Source: Isurus oxyrinchus
Lineage: Eukaryota
Reading direction: 5' to 3'
Length of the DNA: 64,000 nucleotides
Assembly: GCA_026770705.1 (NCBI GenBank)
Contig: JANJGN010000034.1
Coordinates: 7,254,001 to 7,318,000, forward strand
Part shown: piece by piece, positions 54,901 through 60,689 of the stretch
Numbering within the stretch: position 1 is the stretch's first letter
How the letters are laid out: each line of letters begins with the position of its first letter
Program-made: the position numbers and the translations under genes
Notes under the pieces: model-generated
Told to the model about the DNA's origin: nothing
What the model saw: only the letters and a program-made list of their open reading frames with translations
The model's database searches: none

Positions 54901-56391
54901 CGTGTTACCTTCAGGGCACATTGCAGCAATTCACCAAACATCGTTCAACATAACTTTCCAAACTCGAGACTTCTATCACTTTAAAAGGCAAGGGCATCAA
55001 ACCAATTGGAAGACCACCAGCTACCCATTCCAGATTTAATGACAGTCCTCGGTCCATTTTTAGCCCGGACCAGGAATCACAGGTGCAGCAATCGAGCTTC
55101 ACCTTGTGCAATTTGTGCTATTATCCATCTCTATATATGATGACTTGATCCGCTCGGGTTTGTCGTCCTCCTCACTCAAATGGTGGCCTTGGCTTCAGTG
55201 ATCGATTCTGCAAAACAAAACCCCGCTGTCCCCAACCTCCTTCCAAGCTCGAAGCCATCCACACATTATGATGTCTCACGTCTCTTCTACAGAAGTGGAT
55301 AAACTGAAGAATGATCTTGAAGATTGTGGTAAGTAGAAAAATATTAAATATTACCAACCACCAGGGGCAAGTCTTAATTTTCTCCAGAAAAGTAAACTAA
55401 GTTTATAGTCCAGGATCTTGCTATTTGACTGAAATAATCTAAATCAGAGTTTATGCTCCACACGAACCTGCTGACACACAACCTCATCAAGGCCTATCAT
55501 CACTGTCATGTAAACCCATCAAGTCATTTCACCCTCATGTGCCTCTAATTCTGCCTTGAACTCATGTTTCTTACTACCTTTAACTATCGCATGTTCTTAA
55601 CGAATTCTATGTTTTCATCAACTGCTATATAAATAAACATATCCTCACTTTGGCATTTATTGACTAACGTGTGCACATAGTACTTAGATTTGGGCTCTCC
55701 AACCAATGTAAATTTTTTCCTAACTCTTCTCGTTTTGGCTATATTTCTGTGAACGATCTTCCCTTTGTTCGATTAAGGAAAAAACGTCTATATCTCATCT
55801 TACCATCATTATTTTTAAAGAAAATAAAAGCAATGCAATTAAACATATTGTTGACGGAGAGCCTTAAAATAAACACAACGAAGGATCAATCATTATGATG
55901 CTAAATGATGTGACTTAATATCGCTTTTGATTATGGAGAACGATGACTTGCAATAGCACAGATTCAATCGCCTTACTTGGGAATCATAGATCCTTACAAC
56001 AGAAAATTAGACCATACGGTCTCTTGAACTTAACTTGTTCTTTGGAATGATGTCGCATTAACACAGTGCTTAGTTCTTTCTGAATAATCATGATCATTTA
56101 TCTCCATCGATCCTTCAAACAATCCATGAGGAACAAAGAAAGAAGAGGCGACCATTCACACACTCGAACCTGGAACATCATTCAATTAAAATTGCTGACC
56201 TATGAATTAACACATTATACAAGCCGTTATCCGATTTCTCGTAATGCAACTGAAAACGGGCGCGGGTAGTCTACTAAGCACTTTTATGCCGTTCAAGATA
56301 AACTTTTACAAAACTATTTCATTAATAGTGTTTTATTATTCACCCATCCGTCATATTATTTTAGTACTAAGGATCGCCAACAAACAAAAAG
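960..56391 (+). CDS. Internal part of a microexon-encoded coiled-coil protein gene (21 exons, 627 nt, 209 codons; start outside the window, end not identified)
   Basis: 21 short segments with pyrimidine-rich ag acceptors and gt donors; lengths are all multiples of 3 and all phase 1-1; the joined frame has no stop and shows 3-4 hydrophobic heptad spacing. Family not determinable here. Confidence 0.9.
2650..3720 (+). mobile_element. Degenerate non-LTR retrotransposon (CR1/L2 group), RT C-terminal part and 3' end
   Basis: Colinear similarity to the copies at 44840-46180 and 52080-54820 (e.g. 'gaccaggaaattaactgggccagcca', 'cttttgtactcggaaatatattcgctgtccttc'-like 3' region). Confidence 0.7.
3962..3988 (+). 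CDS. Microexon 2 (27 nt, shortened B-type): EIVDFQEKC
   Basis: tttgttttctgtttag|AAATTGTGGACTTTCAGGAGAAATGCA|gtaagt. Confidence 0.88.
4340..4600. mobile_element. Short Penelope-terminus-derived remnant
   Basis: 'aaaatgctggaaatattcac' faces 'tgctacctgacttgctggcatt...ttctgttttc' in inverted orientation; the same terminal motif occurs at 29005 and 32440. Confidence 0.5.
5488..5514 (+). CDS. Microexon 3 (27 nt, A-type): KADLEQKDS
   Basis: ctttccttctctttcag|AAGCTGATCTGGAGCAAAAGGATTCAC|gtaaat. Confidence 0.85.
6361..6396 (+). CDS. Microexon 4 (36 nt, B-type): QKKVLNNKIQEL
   Basis: ttttgttccgattttcag|AAAAAAAAGTCCTCAACAACAAAATTCAAGAATTAG|gtgagc. Confidence 0.87.
   Translation, partial: KKKSSTTKFKN
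6620..8060. repeat. Degenerate G/T-rich repeat region interrupted by a minus-strand CR1 3' fragment (about 7180-7810)
   Basis: Recurring 'gatcagttatgg' and 'gtctgttatggtt' motifs (6719, 6991, 7985). The CR1 fragment begins 'catagaatgttgtggcacagaaccaggcc'. Confidence 0.45.
8440..10020 (+). mobile_element. Decayed PIF/Harbinger DNA transposon (HARBI1-like transposase fragment)
   Basis: ORF 9335-9760 'RRKLRLSR...GSHPMPAALKVKMTVNLIAT...LLTDASFQRTGNNTSF' resembles the N-terminal HTH region of Harbinger transposases; CpG-rich 5' subterminal region. Confidence 0.75.
10040..11130 (-). mobile_element. Highly degenerate CR1 LINE fragments
   Basis: Reverse-strand CR1 remnants ('ttctccccgtaaccctgcac', 'ctgagattgaggttaaactgac', 'catttgcaattatccagtttcctggcac'). 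Confidence 0.55.
11603..11617 (+). CDS. Microexon 5 (15 nt): EKTVN
   Basis: ttcctgaactacacag|AAAAAACAGTAAATG|gtaagg. Weaker acceptor, but with exon 6 it makes 42 nt (two heptads) and continues the L-I-L-V-C 4-3-4-3 spacing. Confidence 0.68.
12790..12816 (+). CDS. Microexon 6 (27 nt): ECKAREKLD
   Basis: tctgccgttattgttccag|AATGCAAAGCAAGGGAAAAACTTGACA|gtaaga. Confidence 0.85.
13170..14265. mobile_element. Non-coding Penelope-derived element with inverted termini
   Basis: 13190-13450 ('...ttcagagctgacgagacgtagaaatg...ggtggagcaaaataatggatcagggatagg') is approximately the reverse complement of 13980-14260 ('cctatccctgacctattttgctccacc...ttctacgtctgttcagctctg'). Confidence 0.7.
14290..15830 (+). 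mobile_element. Second, more decayed Harbinger-type element
   Basis: Colinear with 9150-9840: 'gagtataaaggcagagacttagct' vs 'tagtatacaggcagagctttagct'; 'cagatgcctgtcccattgaaggtcaaa' vs 'cccatgcctgccgcattaaaggtcaaa'; 'cagggtcagatggatagagcc' vs 'cagggtcaatgggtagatcc'. Confidence 0.65.
15915..16330 (-). mobile_element. 3' fragment of the same CR1/L2-group LINE, reverse orientation
   Basis: 'ttctttcatgggatgttggcgccgctggcttgaccagaatttatt' is the reverse complement of the family tail 'aataaatgctggcc..cagcga.gcccacatccc'. Confidence 0.75.
16567..16593 (+). CDS. Microexon 7 (27 nt, A-type): NEEAREKNS
   Basis: cccttataacttacag|ATGAGGAAGCACGGGAGAAAAACTCAG|gtaata. Confidence 0.86.
16730..17060 (-). 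mobile_element. Deu-domain-like tRNA-derived SINE remnant
   Basis: 'gtgcttttgaagtgtagtcactgtt' and 'gtgggttgtgagcccacggactttccgctctgaggc'; recognised from known shark SINE motifs, not from a search. Confidence 0.5.
18009..18044 (+). CDS. Microexon 8 (36 nt, B-type): EIMALNKNLQGA
   Basis: ttcatttattcatcacag|AAATAATGGCTTTGAATAAAAACCTACAAGGTGCAG|gtgaga. Confidence 0.88.
19450..19735. repeat. Imperfect inverted repeat (arms about 70 bp), probable MITE
   Basis: 'atgcaaatgatgtacacgtg...aaagccgcacgtgaccagcag' (19462-19523) vs 'ctgctggtcacatgctgcttt...acgtgtgtgcatcatttgtat' (19662-19717). Confidence 0.65.
20140..21990 (+). mobile_element. CR1 LINE, 5'-truncated, with internal deletion of the RT core
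   Basis: ORF 20596-20979 'KSPGPDNLHP...WSIANVTPLFKKGSREKTENYRPVSLT'; ORF 21485-21832 'YEERLSRL...RRMRGDLIETFKIL...TRGHSLR'; CR1 3' UTR 'ggccgaatggcctactcctgctcc'. Confidence 0.92.
22150..24540 (-). mobile_element. Decayed Ty3/Gypsy LTR retrotransposon (gag-protease region)
   Basis: Minus-strand fragments 'LEDQLHLKLNFRIHRLELRVCRQQLQQSIDQLIS', 'ISELFIASTRIELSQKEL' and 'KLITNNDSHIHCFGTL' resemble vertebrate Gypsy gag-pro; many stops and frameshifts. Confidence 0.6.
24560..24800. repeat. G/T-rich low-complexity tract (GGTG/GGTT/GGTA degenerate)
   Basis: Read directly. Confidence 0.7.
25397..25423 (+). CDS. Microexon 9 (27 nt, A-type): EEKLRQKQK
   Basis: aatctgcttttaacag|AAGAAAAACTACGACAGAAACAGAAAG|gtaaca. 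Confidence 0.88.
26922..26957 (+). CDS. Microexon 10 (36 nt, B-type): EMDSLKGFLAQC
   Basis: ttacccaattttcag|AAATGGACAGCCTGAAAGGATTTCTTGCTCAATGTG|gtaaga. Confidence 0.9.
27230..27675 (+). mobile_element. CR1 LINE 3' fragment
   Basis: 'ttggaactctcttcctcaaaagg...tttcaaggcaaatctagatag...gatggagcaggctggaacggacaagtagccttcttctgctcc'. Confidence 0.75.
29005..32990 (-). mobile_element. Near full-length, inactivated Penelope-like retroelement (RT + GIY-YIG) with direct terminal repeats
   Basis: Minus-strand fragments 'IPFLDFSVSLSGDRLSTNIHYK..FHSYLAYSSSHP' (RT thumb) and, near 29790-29830, 'GLLYIGETRHRLGDHL' (GIY-YIG). 29005-29550 is repeated in the same orientation at 32440-32990. Confidence 0.88.
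33105..33180. repeat. Imperfect (ATT)n microsatellite
   Basis: Read directly. Confidence 0.85.
33480..33506 (+). CDS. Microexon 11 (27 nt, A-type): EANLKEKSK
   Basis: cattctcatttattgatag|AGGCAAATCTCAAGGAGAAATCGAAAG|gtattg. Confidence 0.86.
34030..34390 (+). mobile_element. CR1 LINE 3' fragment
   Basis: 'cctgggatgagcgggttgcaatatga', 'cagggttgtgaatctggagtt', 'tactgaatggc...cctcctgctcc'. Confidence 0.55.
35364..35399 (+). CDS. Microexon 12 (36 nt, B-type): EIETLKGQLSDA
   Basis: gtctttcctccccag|AAATAGAAACATTGAAAGGTCAACTGTCAGATGCAG|gtgagt. Confidence 0.9.
36970..37335 (+). mobile_element. Deu-domain-like tRNA-derived SINE, ending about 110 bp upstream of microexon 13
   Basis: tRNA-like head 'cagccttggttaagttggcagcactatcacccgtgaatca', then 'ggctgaaacttc...gtactgctgcgct...gtgctgtcatttaggtgaaac'; recognised by motif only. 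Confidence 0.5.
37444..37470 (+). CDS. Microexon 13 (27 nt, A-type): GKAFKDKEA
   Basis: gttcttcttcctttag|GAAAGGCTTTTAAGGATAAAGAGGCTG|gtaagt. Confidence 0.9.
38425..40330 (-). mobile_element. Degenerate CR1 LINE, reverse orientation
   Basis: Begins 'cataggatcatagaatggctacagc' (reversed 3' tail); ORF 39445-39645 'KSYLTYFIDL...IDVMYPDFQNLFGKV' resembles the CR1 RT 'KSCLTNL...DVVYLDFQKAFDKV'. Confidence 0.75.
40950..41600 (+). mobile_element. CR1 LINE 3' fragment
   Basis: ORF 41054-41284 'HCLQFWS...IEWRFTNMAPVMRDISC...QRRLRGDLAGVCKVI'. Confidence 0.8.
42835..42870 (+). CDS. Microexon 14 (36 nt, B-type): ELQKMRANCQEH
   Basis: tttctttcacgtgacag|AATTGCAGAAAATGAGGGCGAACTGCCAAGAACATG|gttagt. Confidence 0.86.
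43942..43968 (+). CDS. Microexon 15 (27 nt, A-type): ERELTVKNE
   Basis: ttttcatggacttaatag|AACGAGAATTGACCGTGAAAAATGAAG|gtaaat. Confidence 0.86.
44245..44280 (+). CDS. Microexon 16 (36 nt, B-type): ETRKLKVVLLDC
   Basis: ttcttttgttcacag|AAACACGGAAACTAAAAGTGGTGCTTCTGGATTGTG|gtgcgt. Confidence 0.87.
44820..46185 (+). mobile_element. CR1/L2-group LINE, RT plus 3' tail
   Basis: 'DQFGFCQGQSAPD...VAAFDIKA', 'GMFADDCKMF', 'STIYKAQVRSINEYSP'; tail 'aataaatgctggcctag...cccatatcccatgaatgaataa'. Confidence 0.9.
47574..47600 (+). CDS. Microexon 17 (27 nt, A-type): EQKLTKKNE
   Basis: cacttatgttgctcacag|AGCAAAAACTAACCAAGAAAAATGAAG|gtaagt. Confidence 0.9.
48400..49050 (+). mobile_element. Very degenerate CR1 3' fragment
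   Basis: 'ctgattcaaccacacttagcattctatgcagagt', 'gaggcgaatggcacaatgg', 'tagtatggcctggtcgggtacagtaggctgtattt'. Confidence 0.45.
49429..49464 (+). CDS. Microexon 18 (36 nt, B-type): EMVKMKDSISEC
   Basis: tctcacatttgctcgcag|AGATGGTGAAAATGAAAGACAGCATTTCGGAATGTG|gtgagc. Confidence 0.89.
50897..50923 (+). CDS. Microexon 19 (27 nt, A-type): EEKLKVKQK
   Basis: attatgttgcttacag|AAGAAAAGTTAAAGGTCAAGCAGAAAG|gtaaat. Confidence 0.89.
51550..51925 (+). mobile_element. Older fragment of the CR1/L2-group LINE RT
   Basis: ORF 51547 'HWLHSYLVQRNVLVVIG...QGVLQSSVLSPSCFIHNI'. Confidence 0.7.
52070..54825 (+). mobile_element. Long CR1/L2-group LINE (endonuclease remnant, RT, 3' tail), frameshifted
   Basis: 'ggacttcaatatccatcacc' (GDFN-like), 'SIISKVMEVVI', 'GVSQVSVLHPTTFNCFINDLP', 'VMEYCPLVCM'; tail 'aaataaatgctggtctagccagcaacgcacccatccc'. 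Confidence 0.9.
55293..55328 (+). CDS. Microexon 20 (36 nt, B-type): EVDKLKNDLEDC
   Basis: cacgtctcttctacag|AAGTGGATAAACTGAAGAATGATCTTGAAGATTGTG|gtaagt. Confidence 0.9.
56365..56391 (+). CDS. Microexon 21 (27 nt, A-type): VLRIANKQK
   Basis: tcatattattttag|TACTAAGGATCGCCAACAAACAAAAAG|gtaata. Confidence 0.84.
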
Positions 56392-57559
56392 GTAATACAA
56401 GAGTTTTTGTTCATTTTATTGCCCAATGTTTGTTTCTATATGTCTTATTATTCTAACCAATGTAAAGACTATTCGAGTTTGATTCTGAGACTTTAAAGGA
56501 AAATGAGTGTTTGCAGATGGCCGGTATTTATTTGAATTCACTCTAAGCCAAATCCTGAAAAAGAAATCCCTTCTTTCTTCTAGAGATGGCGCAGCATTTA
56601 ATATTTTCATCTCCTGCTCTATAAACCGGAGCACAATTGTCTCCAACTATAGAGGCATTGTCTATAGAACATAAAGTGTACAGCTCGAGATCAGGCCAAA
56701 AGAACCATTTGGGCAATGCCGACATTTGTGCTGATCAAGAGGGTCCTCCCAAACCATTTTATCTCATCCTATCAGCGAATTGGCCTATTCATTTCAAATA
56801 TGTTTATTTAGCTTCCCCTTGAAAGCAGCAAATGGAGTTTTTTTTACATTCTTTCATGAGGTGTGGGAGGAGCTTATTAGGCAGATTCAGAGGACAGCTG
56901 AAAGTTTACCATGTTGTCCCGAGTCCGGAGACAAATGCAAGCTGGACTTGGTCATGAAGGGAGTTTCCTTCCTGAAAGTGCATTCGTAAAGCATTTTTTT
57001 TTTATTTTGCTTGTTATTCTTACAATTGATGGCAGATGACATGGTCACCATGATTGCGACTGGTTTTCAATTTCTCATTCACCAATTATTTGAATGTAAA
57101 TACCACAAGCAGGACCCCGGCCCCCAGAGAATTGGCCTGGTTCTCTGGTATATTTGCACAGAAGCACTATCACTACTCCAGCATGTCCCTGGAAATTAGG
57201 GTCATCTATGCCTTGTGTTAGTGTGCTCCACCTTCTCACCACACTATGGACAAAGGCGCTTGGCTTAACCTCTTTATTTGATTCATTCACGCCTATTTTT
57301 TTTTTGTCAAAAACATTTCAAGCATTATAGACCCATTTCAGGTGATCTTCTGTTTTGCGAGAAAGACAGTGACAACTTTTTCAGTCTTTCCTTATCGATC
57401 TGAATTCTGTATTCTCTTCTCTTCTCTTCTCCAATGCCTCTAAATCCTTTAAAACCTAAATTATGCAAATTGCTGTATTCCTGGGATTCAGATGAGAGTG
57501 GGTAAACGAATTGACACAACAGCAGCAAATAGATTGTTTAGTATTATTGAAAAAATAGA

Positions 57560-60500
57560 CATGTTAAACCTGTTTTTATGGAAGTAGGGAGGGCTTTAAA
57601 CTAAACAAGAGGGGTGTGGGATGAAACTTGGGGAGAGGTAAGAATCCATGGAGTAGAGTCAAGACAGGGAAGCAAAATAGTAATATGAGAAACGAGGGAC
57701 AGAAAATGGCACGAAGGGACAGACAGAAAAAAACTAAGAATGCATCAACAGTCAGTACTGGAGGTTACAAATGTAACAAAAAGACTAGACAGAAGGCTCT
57801 GTATCAGAAAACACATAGCATTCGTAAAAAAGTAAGTGAATTGATCGTCCACATTGAAGTAAAAACAGAAGATTTGATAACAAATACGGATGTGTGGCTG
57901 CAGAACGACAAGAATTGTACTCTGAATATTGAGGGGTACATGACATTGTTGAAGCATAGGAAGCTAGCTAAACGAGGAGGGTTAGCAGTGCAAATCAAAG
58001 AGGTAATTTGTGCTATAGTTAGATGTGACCTTGGTTGAGGAGGTGAGGATGTAGAATTAGTTTGGGTGGAAATGAGGAATAATATAGGAAACAAGTCACT
58101 AGTTGGAATGATCTACAGGGGCCCTAACAGTTGCCACAGTGTCAGACAAGGTATTCAATGGGAACTATTCCGTGCTTGTGATAAAGACACGACAATAGTC
58201 ATGCCTGATTTGAATCTACTTATAAATTAGAAAAATCGGATTGGCAATATTAGCCTGGATGAGGAGTTCTCAGAATGTTTTTGAGATCGTTTCTCAGCGC
58301 AGCATGGTCTGGAACCAAACAGGGAGCAGGTTACATTTGACTTGGTGCTGTGTAATGTGACAAAATTACCTAAGACCTCACAGCAAAGGTACTCCTAGGT
58401 AGCAATGGCAACAATATTATTGAATTTTGCATTCAGTTTGAAAGGGAGTAGAGTGGGTCACAGATTAATATCTTAAACGTAAATATGCACAACTATGTGG
58501 GCATGGAAGTTGAATTTGATGACGTGGAGTGGCATAGTATAGGCTAAGCTATATATCAATATAGAAGTAGTGGCAGACATATAAGGGGCAATTCAGAAAA
58601 TTCAGAATGAGTACATTCGTAACATAATGAAAAATACTCAGGGGAGGACCCACCATCATTGGTAAACTAAAGATGTTAAGGAAGGCATCGGACATAAGGA
58701 TAAAAGCATATAACTCCGCAAAGATATGGCAGGACAGGTGATTTGTCAGAATATAAAGAATGGCAGAGAATTATTAGAAGGTTAATCAGGAGAAATAGAT
58801 TGCAGTATGAGAGGAAGCAAGATAGAAATGTAAAAAGGAATTGCAAGATTTTCTGCAGGTATTTAAAAAGGAAAAGCATAAGTTAAGTGAGTGTTGGTCC
58901 TCCAGAGAGTGACAGTGGGGGGAGTTACTAAAAAGGAAATGACCGACGCAATGAACTTTTTGTTTGCTTCTCTACTCACTACAGAGAATAACAAAATATG
59001 CCAGTAATAGCTGCAAATCGGGAGATGAAAGGGAGAGAGGAACGTGGTGAAATTGAAATCACTCGGTAACCAGCACTGAGCAAAGGAATGGAACTGCAGC
59101 TGGCAAGTCTCTGGCTCCTGATGGGCAACATCCTAGGGTCTTAAATGTGTTGGCTAATGAGTGGTGGCTAATAATAACTTTTCAAAATTCACTTGATTCT
59201 GCAAAGGTTCCATCAGGCATGAAAGTAGCAAATAAAACCCCTCTAATTCAAAAAATGGAAGGTGGCATAAGACAGGAAACTATCGGGCAATGAGCTTGAC
59301 ATCGGTCGTGGAGAAGGTGTTTGGAACGAACATTAAGGAGGTTATAGCTGGCCACTTAGAAAGTGTCAAGGTAATTGGGAAGTGTCAACATCGTTTTTTG
59401 AAGGGAAACTCAAGTTTAAACAATTTATTAGAGTTTTTAAAAGGAGTAACGTGCACTGTGGATAAAAGGGAGCCTGTAGACATACTGTAATTTGATTTCC
59501 AGAAGGCATTTGATAAGGTGCCACATCAAGGATTATTTGAAGAAAATGTCAGCTCATGGTGTAGGGGTACCATGTTAGAGTGGATAGAAGGTTGGTTGTC
59601 TGGATGAAAACAGAGAGCATGCAAAAATGCTTTTTTTTTGGATTGGCAGGATGGGACGAGTGGAGACCTGCAGGGGTCTGTGCTGGAGCCTTAACTTTTT
59701 TTTTCAGTTTACATCAATGATTTAGATGAGAGGAGCGATGGAATGGTCGATACATTTTGCAGATAACCCAAAGTCAGGCAGAGAATTATGTTGTGAAGAG
59801 GACATGAGGAGGTTGAAGGCAGAGATTGTTCGGTTGAATGAGTGGGCAAAGATCTGGAAAACGGAGTTTAATGTGGCAAAGTGTGAAGCTGTTTAATTTG
59901 GAAGGAAGAATAAACAGCTGAGCTTTACTTATATAGAGAACGGCTGCATAGCTTTGAGGTGCAGAGGGATCTATATGTTCCAGTGCATGCATCACAAAAA
60001 AGTAAGCATGCAGGTACAGCAAGTAATTAACAAGGCTAATGGAATGAACTTTTTTATTATGAGCATGAACTAAGAATGTTATGCTTCAGTTATACAGGGC
60101 ACTGCAGACACCCCATCGTGAATACTGTGTGCAGTTTTGGTCTCTTTAAGGAAGGATGTAAATCCATTGGAGGTGAATCAGAGGAGGCTTACGAGATTGA
60201 TGCCAGGAATGAGCGGATTGTCTTATAAGGAAAGGTTGGACAGACTGGGCTTGTTTCCACTGTAATGTAGAAAAGCGCGGAGTGATTTTATGTTGAGCAT
60301 ACAAAACCCGAACGGCCTTGAAAAAGTGGGCATGGAAAGAATGTTTCCCCTTGTGGACAAGTCCAGAACTAGGGGGAACTGTTTTAAACTTCAGGCTCCA
60401 CTTTTTAGACCAGAGAAAAGGAGATTTTGTTTTCTCTGTCAGAGGGTTGTGTGACTTTGGAACTCTCTGCCTCAGAAGGCGGTGGAGACAGGGTAATTGA

Positions 60501-60685
60501 ACATTTTTTTTAAGGAAGAGGCTGTTAGGTTCTTGTTTGGTAAGGGGGTCAAAGATTATCTGGGGTAGATGAGAATGTGGAATTCGAAACACAACCAGAT
60601 CAGCCATAATCTTATTTAATGGCGGAGATGCTTGAGGTGCCAAATGACCCACTTCTGTTCCTATTTCTCATGTTCCTCATGTCTT
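57560..60685 (+). mobile_element. CR1 LINE with nearly complete but inactivated ORF2 (APE endonuclease + RT)
   Basis: ORF 57628 'TDVWLQND...LNIEGY...RGGLAV'; 'SLTSVVEKV...NLLEFL...PVDIL*FDFQKAFDKVPH'; 'caggggtctgtgctgg' (QGSVL); 3' UTR 'ccaaatgacccacttctgttcc'. Confidence 0.92.
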
Positions 60686-60689
60686 TGAT

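Noticed and set aside
960-56391. Assigning the gene to triadin, tropomyosin, myosin, BG/butyrophilin or CD23
   Set aside because: The resemblance is only compositional or architectural. The peptide has no proline (unlike triadin), exon sizes differ from tropomyosin and myosin, and no diagnostic domain is in the window, so no gene symbol is given.
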